Shown: piece after piece, positions 58,003-64,000 of the stretch
How positions within the stretch are numbered: position 1 is the stretch's first letter
How the letters are laid out: every line of letters starts with the position of its first letter
NCBI GenBank assembly: GCA_937920105.1
Contig: CALETH010000070.1
Location: 7,483-71,482 of the forward strand
Length of the DNA: 64,000 nucleotides
Direction: 5' to 3'
Origin: an uncultured Bacteroidota bacterium
GTDB taxonomy: Bacteria > Bacteroidota > Ignavibacteria > UBA10030 > UBA8401
Notes under the pieces: generated by a model
Databases searched by the model: none
What the model saw: only the letters and a program-made list of their open reading frames with translations
Told to the model about the DNA's origin: nothing
Position numbers and translations under genes: made by a program

Positions 58003-58320
58003 GTGATTATGACACAAAAAGATTTTGAAAAAATACAAAACATGCTTTCGGGAGTAACAAATCCAATTTTAGACTCTCTTAACAAAACCAATAATATTGT
58101 TACAACACTCAATCTTAATTTTAGTGGGTTGGAACAAACTATTCATGGCCCGCAAGGTGATAATGGTATGTATAAAGAATTGAAAGACGTGAAGAAAAAA
58201 TTAGATGAATTGGAGAAATTTAAAATTCGTTTTGTTTCTAAAGTTGTTGGTGGAGTTATAGTAGCACAATTTTTTCTTGTATTTCTTGGTTGGATTATCA
58301 CGAAACTTTTTAAAATGTAA
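58003..58320 (+). CDS. Holin-like protein with C-terminal TM helix and N-terminal coiled coil
   Basis: Upstream of the endolysin. TM segment VGGVIVAQFFLVFLGWII. Confidence 0.35.
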   Translation: MIMTQKDFEKIQNMLSGVTNPILDSLNKTNNIVTTLNLNFSGLEQTIHGPQGDNGMYKELKDVKKKLDELEKFKIRFVSKVVGGVIVAQFFLVFLGWIITKLFKM

Positions 58321-58322
58321 AT

Positions 58323-58514
58323 ATGAAAACAATGTTTCAAGAGCATGATGGAAGTTTTTCGTGGAGAAGATGTTTAACATTTATTGCCGCAATAATTTTT
58401 GCGATAAGCTGTATTGCCTATTTGTTCGGAGCTCGTGAGTTACCCACAACATATATTGCAGTCATTGCAGCAGTATTCGCTTTTTATTTCACTAAAGATA
58501 GATTACGTAAATAA
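58323..58514 (+). CDS. Class II-type holin-like protein (two TM segments)
   Basis: 63 aa with two hydrophobic helices and a charged C-terminus. Confidence 0.4.
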   Translation: MKTMFQEHDGSFSWRRCLTFIAAIIFAISCIAYLFGARELPTTYIAVIAAVFAFYFTKDRLRK

Positions 58515-58535
58515 TAACAATAAAGGATTTTTTTT

Positions 58536-58991
58536 ATGATACTTTCTGAACATTTTACTTTGAAAGAAATGATTCGCTCTGCAAAAGCAAGTGAGTTAAA
58601 AATAAATAATACACCATCACAAAAAGAAATTGATAATTTAAAACTTTTATGTGAAGAAGTGCTTGAGCCACTAAGAAAATTAATTGGTAAACCAATACAT
58701 GTTACTAGTGGTTATCGTTGTAGAGAATTAAATAATGTGGTTCCCTTTGCCTCAAAAAATAGCGACCATATCGATGGAAACGCTGCAGATATTTTTGTAA
58801 ATGGTATGACAGTAGAAGAAGTTTTTAGTGTGATTTGTGTACAATCTGTTTTTTCCTACGGTCAAGTTATTTGTGAACGACTTCTGGGAAAAAATTGGGT
58901 ACACATTTCTCGGGTTACGAAAAAACATAAAATGGAAAAATGGCTTGCAAATAAAATTGTTAATAAGAAGGTAGTGTATGAAAAATATTGA
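58536..58991 (+). CDS. Endolysin, peptidase M15 family (zinc D,D-/L,D-peptidase)
   Basis: SDHIDGNAADI and HVTSGYR motifs. Confidence 0.7.
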   Translation: MILSEHFTLKEMIRSAKASELKINNTPSQKEIDNLKLLCEEVLEPLRKLIGKPIHVTSGYRCRELNNVVPFASKNSDHIDGNAADIFVNGMTVEEVFSVICVQSVFSYGQVICERLLGKNWVHISRVTKKHKMEKWLANKIVNKKVVYEKY

Positions 58992-59196
58992 GATTGAAGG
59001 ATTACAGCAAAGTGTAAGAAAACCAACAATAATAGAATTTGAAAAGGTAGAAGTTTTTGAAAAACCATTACCTCCGGATGCATCAATAACTCTTTTTGAT
59101 GAAGTCGCATTAGCATTAGAAGAAAATCGTGCTACGTTAATTCGTATTGGGATTGGTGAAGCTGTGCGTTGGTTTATTGAAGTAGTGAAGAAATAA
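58978..59196 (+). CDS. Hypothetical small protein
   Basis: ORF overlapping the endolysin 3' end. Confidence 0.25.
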   Translation: MKNIEIEGLQQSVRKPTIIEFEKVEVFEKPLPPDASITLFDEVALALEENRATLIRIGIGEAVRWFIEVVKK

Positions 59197-59204
59197 AATA
59201 TTCC

Positions 59205-59252
59205 TTGACAAAAGAAGTGATGTTCTATATAATCAATGTAATTAATAGAACA
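59205..59252 (+). promoter_or_regulatory. Consensus sigma70 promoter TTGACA-17-TATAAT with an 8-bp inverted repeat across the -10 box
   Basis: TTGACA 59205-59210 and TATAAT 59228-59233. tgttctat (59221-59228) pairs with atagaaca (59245-59252). Confidence 0.5.
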
Positions 59253-59269
59253 TTATTTTAAGGATTATT

Positions 59270-59461
59270 ATGAATACAACAATAGAAAAATTTGTAGAAA
59301 TTGCAAAAGCACATTTCGTTTCCACAAATAGAGCAGATATAGCTGAATTAATTAGTAAAAAAAATTACGTGGATTATGCTAAAGTAGCATTGCATGAATT
59401 GGAAGAAAAAAATGCAAAAAGGTTAGTTGGAATTTTTTCGAAAATAGTTTATTTTGAGTAA
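59270..59461 (+). CDS. Small hypothetical protein at the prophage right end
   Basis: aagga RBS 7 nt upstream of the ATG. Confidence 0.3.
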   Translation: MNTTIEKFVEIAKAHFVSTNRADIAELISKKNYVDYAKVALHELEEKNAKRLVGIFSKIVYFE

Positions 59462-59569
59462 GCTTTTACTGCCAAAATCCTGCCAAACATGGGACTATTT
59501 GAGACTATGTAGGACAAGGCAAACGCTGAAATCGTGCTAAAATGAGGGAATTATACAATGTGCAGCATT

Positions 59570-59611
59570 CTTCTAAGCTGTAGGTTATTGGTTCGATTCC
59601 AATCAGGCACA
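59570..59611 (+). repeat. attR core (42-bp copy of the tRNA-Arg 3' half)
   Basis: Identical to 19629-19670. Upstream sequence diverges from the tRNA 5' part. Confidence 0.8.
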
Positions 59612-59620
59612 CAGAAATTT

Positions 59621-60220
59621 TTACTTTCCCGAAACCTTCAGCACTCTTTTTATCAAATCTTCAATCGCAATATCTTTTCCGTTCAATTCATTTAATACAA
59701 TTCTTATAGATTGTTCTGCTTTTTCCCGTGTGTAACCTAAAGAAAGAAGTGCAAGTAATGCTTCTGAACGAATATTGTTTTTTGTTGTAGGAGATACATT
59801 CGTAAAAGTAGTTTCCATTTTTGCAAACTTATCTTTTAACTCCACCACCAAACGTTCAGCAGTTTTTTTTCCAACTCCGGGGATTGCTGTAATTGCAGAA
59901 CTATTTCCATCTAAAATATATTGTTGTAAATCCTTTGGTTGAATTCCGGAAAGAATTGTTTGTGCACTTTTCGGTCCAATCCCGGAAACAGAAATCAACA
60001 AACGAAAAATTTCTCGTTCATCTTCTGTGAGAAATCCATATAATACTTGTGCATCTTCGCGGATGTGATGATGAATAAAAAGTTTTACACTCGTTTGCAA
60101 CGCTCCAAGTTTTTCATAAGTAGAAAGAGGGATGTGAACAGAATATCCAACACCGTGAACATCAACAATAATTTCTGTAGCAGTTTTGTGAGAAAGATTT
60201 CCGGTAAGTTGAGCAATCAT
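59621..60220 (-). CDS. ruvA: Holliday-junction helicase subunit RuvA
   Basis: MIAQLTGNL...VDVHGVGYSVHIP... with two HhH motifs (GIGPKSA, GVGKKTA). True start ATG at 60220. Confidence 0.8.
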   Translation of the reverse strand: MIAQLTGNLSHKTATEIIVDVHGVGYSVHIPLSTYEKLGALQTSVKLFIHHHIREDAQVLYGFLTEDEREIFRLLISVSGIGPKSAQTILSGIQPKDLQQYILDGNSSAITAIPGVGKKTAERLVVELKDKFAKMETTFTNVSPTTKNNIRSEALLALLSLGYTREKAEQSIRIVLNELNGKDIAIEDLIKRVLKVSGK

Positions 60221-60224
60221 AATT

Positions 60225-60644
60225 TTAAGAAAGAGAAATGTTGGATTGGATTTTTTGTGATAGTTTTTTGATAAAATCACCTTCATATTTTTTCAAATTG
60301 GTATGAAAGTGAACATTATCGTTTGGATATCGTGGAAGGATGTGAAGATGAAAATGAAAAACAGATTGTCCCGCAATAGCACCATTATTGGCAAAAATAT
60401 TAAAGCCCTGTAACTGAAAAGATTTTATCAAAGCGTTTGCAACAATTTGTCCCGTATGCATAATTTCCTCCAATTGATTTTTCGGAATATCTAAAAAATC
60501 TTTACAGTGATTCTTCGGAATTACCAACGCATGTCCGTAATTTACCGGATGAATATCCAAAATGGAAATAACAGAATCATTTTCGTAAATAATTTCTGCT
60601 GGAATTTGTTTTGTGATGATTTTACAAAAAATGCAATCGTTCAT
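60225..60644 (-). CDS. HIT-family (histidine triad) nucleotide hydrolase
   Basis: HFHLHILPR HIT motif. Start MNDCIFCKI at 60644. Confidence 0.75.
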   Translation of the reverse strand: MNDCIFCKIITKQIPAEIIYENDSVISILDIHPVNYGHALVIPKNHCKDFLDIPKNQLEEIMHTGQIVANALIKSFQLQGFNIFANNGAIAGQSVFHFHLHILPRYPNDNVHFHTNLKKYEGDFIKKLSQKIQSNISLS

Positions 60645-60841
60645 ATTTTTATTATGATGTTTAAAAGGTTTCAAAAACTTTTGTAATCTTCCACAAAATA
60701 GAAAAAAAGAGAAGAAATTCAAAAAAAGTTGCATTGCATCTCAAAACGTTTTTTTCTATATTTTTCAACAGTTTTTGTGAGATAGAACACAATAGCACAC
60801 AATTTTCATATCATTTATTCATCAATTATAAGGGTTGTTGT

Positions 60842-62278
60842 ATGAATCGTACACTCATTATCAGTGTTTTTGCATTAGTAGTTTCCGGAATGTTTTTAAC
60901 GGGTTTTCAATGCGCTTCTTCGGAAATGACCACAGCAAAAATGGCAATACAATCAAAAGATTATCAAAAAGCACAAACTCAATTAGAAATGGAAGTGCAG
61001 AAAAATCCAAAAAATGAAGAAGCGTGGTACACATTAGGACAAGTACGTTATGAGTTAAAAGAATATCGTACAATGAAAAATGCTTTTGAACAGGCATTAG
61101 CAATTTCTAACACCCATGAAAAAGAAATTAACAACACTCTATTATATGTGTGGGGAACAACCTTTAACCAAGGAATAGAAAAACTCAATCAAGGAACAAT
61201 AGAAGGATACAACGGAGCAATTGAAGATTTTTCATTAACAACATTTATTATGCCTGATAGTTTGATAAATTATCAAAATCTCGGACTTGCTTATTATTTG
61301 AAATCTGAAAAAGAAAAATCTGATGGAAAAATTGCAGAAAGTGAAATGACAGTACAAAAAGCCATAGAACCACTAAACACTGCATTTGAAAAAGGTGGAG
61401 ATGCCTATCCAGCAAAACTTCTGGGAAATATTTATCTCAACAAAGCCAATGAATTGAAAAATAAATTTACTACTGCAAATCAAGAAATATTTTCTACAAA
61501 AAAAATGCTTTCTTCAATCCAAAAAGGAATAAAATCTGTTGATGTAAAATATACACTTGGAACACCAACGAAAACTACCAAAGCAAAAAAAGGAAAAACA
61601 GAAGAATGGAGTTATTCAAAATATAATTTGATGGTTTCTGTTGATGGTGATGTGGTCAGTGATGTAAAATATGCAACACCTTATAATCCACCAATAGATT
61701 CTACAGATTTTAAAAGAGCATTGAAAGAATACAATAATGCGATAGAAATTTATAAGAGAGCCGTTGCAAAATTTCCTGAAGATGCAGAAATTTCTGAAAA
61801 TTTAATGAACGCCTATATTGGAGCAGAAAAAACTGCAGAAGCCCGCATATTGTTGGAAGAACGCGTGCAGAAATATCCTAATAGCAAATTTGACCGTTAC
61901 AATTTAGGAGTCTTTTTATTAAAAGATGAAAAATATGAAAAAGCTGTTGAGCAATTTAAAGCAACAGTAGAATTAGATGAGAAAGATGGAGAAAAATCTG
62001 AAATTGCAAAATCTGCACTTTATAATTTAGCAGCAAGTTACGTCAATTGGGGAGTTGCTGAACAAGATAGATTAAAAAAAGAAAAGAAAGATAAAGATGA
62101 TTCTTACAAAGAAAAATATCAAAAAGCATTACCATATTTAGAACAAATTCTTCAAACAAAACAAAATGATATACAGTTGTGGGAATTGTTAGGACAGGTG
62201 TACGCAAATCTTAATATGGCTGACAAAGCAAAAAATGCTTTTGATAAAGCCGATGCAATTAGACAAGGGAAAAATTGA
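60842..62278 (+). CDS. TPR-repeat lipoprotein
   Basis: Lipobox GFQC. Multiple TPR-like helical repeats (AWYTLGQV..., YNLGVFLL..., WELLGQVYA). Confidence 0.6.
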   Translation: MNRTLIISVFALVVSGMFLTGFQCASSEMTTAKMAIQSKDYQKAQTQLEMEVQKNPKNEEAWYTLGQVRYELKEYRTMKNAFEQALAISNTHEKEINNTLLYVWGTTFNQGIEKLNQGTIEGYNGAIEDFSLTTFIMPDSLINYQNLGLAYYLKSEKEKSDGKIAESEMTVQKAIEPLNTAFEKGGDAYPAKLLGNIYLNKANELKNKFTTANQEIFSTKKMLSSIQKGIKSVDVKYTLGTPTKTTKAKKGKTEEWSYSKYNLMVSVDGDVVSDVKYATPYNPPIDSTDFKRALKEYNNAIEIYKRAVAKFPEDAEISENLMNAYIGAEKTAEARILLEERVQKYPNSKFDRYNLGVFLLKDEKYEKAVEQFKATVELDEKDGEKSEIAKSALYNLAASYVNWGVAEQDRLKKEKKDKDDSYKEKYQKALPYLEQILQTKQNDIQLWELLGQVYANLNMADKAKNAFDKADAIRQGKN

Positions 62279-62298
62279 AGGTATGATTTTTTAGAGTT

Positions 62299-62324
62299 GT
62301 CATTCTTGCAAATGCAGGAATTCA
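62299..62324. repeat. Degenerate REP-like element copy 4
   Basis: GTCATTCTTGCAAATGCAGGAATTCA shares its termini with copies 1-3. Confidence 0.35.
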
Positions 62325-62338
62325 TTTTAATACAATTG

Positions 62339-62371
62339 AAAGCGGAAATAGGAACTCCATTTTCCGCTTTT
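62339..62371 (+). terminator. Rho-independent terminator
   Basis: aagcggaaa...tttccgctt stem followed by a T-run. Confidence 0.5.
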
Positions 62372-62524
62372 GTGTTTTTAGAAGTGGTTAATATTAGCCA
62401 CTTTTTTATTTTGATAATACAATTTTTTTTCGAAAAAAACCTACTTTTTTTTTGACTTTTAAACATAAATTATTATAATAAAAACAATAATTTAATTTAA
62501 TTATATTTATGTTTAGGAGTTATC

Positions 62525-63190
62525 ATGAAATACTTTTTTCTTCTCTCACTATTCTCTTCGCTTCCATTTTTAGGATGCAATAATGAAGCACCCACCTCAC
62601 CACAAGAACCACAGCAAAATGTAAGGGCAGAAAATTTTCCGCCCCAACAGAATTCAGAAATCCAACCCCAACAACAATCCATCATTATTTCTCAACCTTG
62701 GGATTGGACAAATAATGGTGGAAAAATAATTACTCAAAAAGAAGCAATACTATTAACCAATAACTATACCCACAGCATTGGAAGAATACAAAAAATATTT
62801 GTGAGTAGAACGCTTTTGGAAAGTGCTATGGATGGAAACGATGAGTATGGCGTAATATTTTATTTAGGAACAAAACGTACTGGAGAAATTACCGTTGTAA
62901 GTATTCCTGCAAATATCTATGGAAAAAGAATTACCACCAGTACTGCAATAGGAAATGAAGGAGAATTTATTTCGTATGCAAGAGCACAGCAACTCACCCA
63001 TAATTTCTCTTATAAAATTGGAGATATTAATGGAAGAATGGCTTCAAAAGAGTTTATACGAAAAGTAATGGGAGAAAAAGGAGTTTACTTGCATTGTGCC
63101 TATAATACTGATAAAGAGTTTACTTTTGTCATTGAAGGAAATGAAACAAATAATTTTAAACTAGATGAAATGCCTCCACCATCTAAATAA
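62525..63190 (+). CDS. Lipoprotein, host paralogue of prophage cargo gene 30872-31627
   Basis: Lipobox FLGC. Extensive similarity to the prophage copy. Confidence 0.55.
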   Translation: MKYFFLLSLFSSLPFLGCNNEAPTSPQEPQQNVRAENFPPQQNSEIQPQQQSIIISQPWDWTNNGGKIITQKEAILLTNNYTHSIGRIQKIFVSRTLLESAMDGNDEYGVIFYLGTKRTGEITVVSIPANIYGKRITTSTAIGNEGEFISYARAQQLTHNFSYKIGDINGRMASKEFIRKVMGEKGVYLHCAYNTDKEFTFVIEGNETNNFKLDEMPPPSK

Positions 63191-63219
63191 TTCTATTCCA
63201 ATCATTCAAAGGAAAATCT

Positions 63220-63894
63220 ATGGAAACTATTCTACCGTATCTTATAGCAATTTGTATTAGTATCCTTTGTGGATTGTATGGAATGTACTATTCTACGCAA
63301 GGGATTCGTAAAGTTTATGAGTTTAAAATAGATAGAAAAATATTTGTGTTTCTTTGTATCATCAGTGGAATTGTTGATACACTCAGTGTTATGATGTATT
63401 TCAAATACATTACACTACCATCCCAACTTTCTTATTTTCCTTTTAATTTTTATCGTTTAGTACAACACATTTTTTTGTGCATGTTATATTCATACTGGCT
63501 TTCACCAATGGAAAAAAAATATGCATACTATAATGCTATCGTGGCAATACCCTTATGGTCTTTTCCTAAAATTGTTGGATTGGAAAATTTTCATGCAATG
63601 GATTTAATGAGTGGACCTATTTCTCATTTTTTACTTTTCTGTGCTAGCGTACATTTTCTTGGGAATCTTAATAATCGTACAATCCCACCTATCAAACCAG
63701 ACCCACTTTATCAAATTGGCTCAGTAAATATCATTTATTTTGGAATGATGACAATAACATATTTGCTAATGAATTACAATCCTATTTATGTGAAATACAT
63801 CTCTTTTCTCAATATTATTCAAGATGTCTATTATATTTACGCTTTATATTTTTTCACACAAAAAACAAATTTTGAAATCCATGATTGGTTATAA
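63220..63894 (+). CDS. Polytopic membrane protein, host paralogue of 30081-30827
   Basis: About 7 TM segments with a similar C-terminal half. Confidence 0.5.
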   Translation: METILPYLIAICISILCGLYGMYYSTQGIRKVYEFKIDRKIFVFLCIISGIVDTLSVMMYFKYITLPSQLSYFPFNFYRLVQHIFLCMLYSYWLSPMEKKYAYYNAIVAIPLWSFPKIVGLENFHAMDLMSGPISHFLLFCASVHFLGNLNNRTIPPIKPDPLYQIGSVNIIYFGMMTITYLLMNYNPIYVKYISFLNIIQDVYYIYALYFFTQKTNFEIHDWL

Positions 63895-63916
63895 TTATTG
63901 GAAAGGAATTATTGTA

Positions 63917-64000
63917 TGTCAATACATTTTTTTATTTATCTTGCTATGGTTGTACTGGCAATTATAGTAAAAACAAAAGTCATTAGTGCCTTAAGTATGA
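63917..64000 (+). CDS. Start of a small membrane protein (3'-truncated by window end)
   Basis: MSIHFFIYLAMVVLAIIVKTK is hydrophobic. It occupies the position of the small-TM cassette gene. Confidence 0.25.

Larger units (their letters stand above)
19671..59611. mobile_element. Integrated tailed prophage (about 39.9 kb, HK97-type head module) in tRNA-Arg
   Basis: Bounded by 42-bp direct repeats. The integrase lies next to the tRNA. It carries a full early, replication, packaging, head, tail and lysis gene set. Confidence 0.85.

Noticed and set aside
59570-59611. Second tRNA-like sequence at the prophage right end
   Set aside because: Only the 3' 42 nt of tRNA-Arg are present. The upstream sequence cannot form the acceptor or D arms. 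It is the attR copy, not a gene.

Overview
This window is AT-rich (about 30-35% GC) bacterial chromosome. The host genes point to a T9SS-bearing diderm. That rests on two Por/T9SS C-terminal sorting domains, a TonB-dependent receptor, an Omp85 protein, a LolA-like protein and three tandem SurA-like parvulins. Signals are Shine-Dalgarno plus TTGACA/TATAAT sigma70-type promoters, so this is probably not classical Bacteroidia. Placing it in Ignavibacteria or a related FCB-group lineage is inference only.

Host-gene layout:
- 1-19.6 kb: a DUF433/DUF5615 toxin-antitoxin pair, an Omp85 protein, rsmE, a 1290-aa S8 subtilase with a T9SS tail, pyrF, three SurA-like parvulin chaperones, a VOC protein, a TBDR with LolA-like and membrane proteins, a cyclophilin, holA, an FmdB zinc-ribbon protein, and tRNA-Arg(TCT).
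- 59.6-64 kb (right flank): ruvA, a HIT protein, a TPR lipoprotein, and a lipoprotein plus polytopic-membrane-protein cassette.

A prophage of about 39.9 kb (19671-59611) is integrated in the 3' end of tRNA-Arg. A 42-bp perfect direct repeat (19629-19670 and 59570-59611) marks the ends. Its map runs: tyrosine integrase, secreted thermonuclease, ImmA-like protein with two tandem HTH repressor paralogues, a divergent cro-like gene, YqaJ exonuclease with a RecT-like annealing protein, a replisome organiser with internal iterons, and a RuvC-like resolvase. A 6.6-kb cargo island on the opposite strand (29762-36383) follows. It encodes membrane, lipoprotein and T9SS proteins and a secreted HEXXH protein, and carries a host-type REP-like palindrome. 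Next comes a pR'/tR'-like promoter-terminator. The packaging/late region follows: a putative ParB-like protein, an ABC-ATPase::GNAT fusion, a minimal Fmt-like formyltransferase, a ParB::beta-class DNA methyltransferase, TerS and TerL. Then an unusual beta-helix/repeat-protein insert, an HK97-type portal, protease, capsid and connector, tail genes and tape measure, and a two-holin plus M15 endolysin lysis cassette.

The most novel candidate is the four-gene module upstream of the terminase (the ATPase-GNAT and Fmt-like genes with the two ParB-domain genes). I interpret it as a possible new nucleic-acid (DNA or aminoacyl-tRNA) modification system. Other notable items are a GC-rich structured element at 24.05-24.15 kb, a four-copy REP-like repeat family, and the duplicated envelope cassette shared between prophage cargo and host flank.
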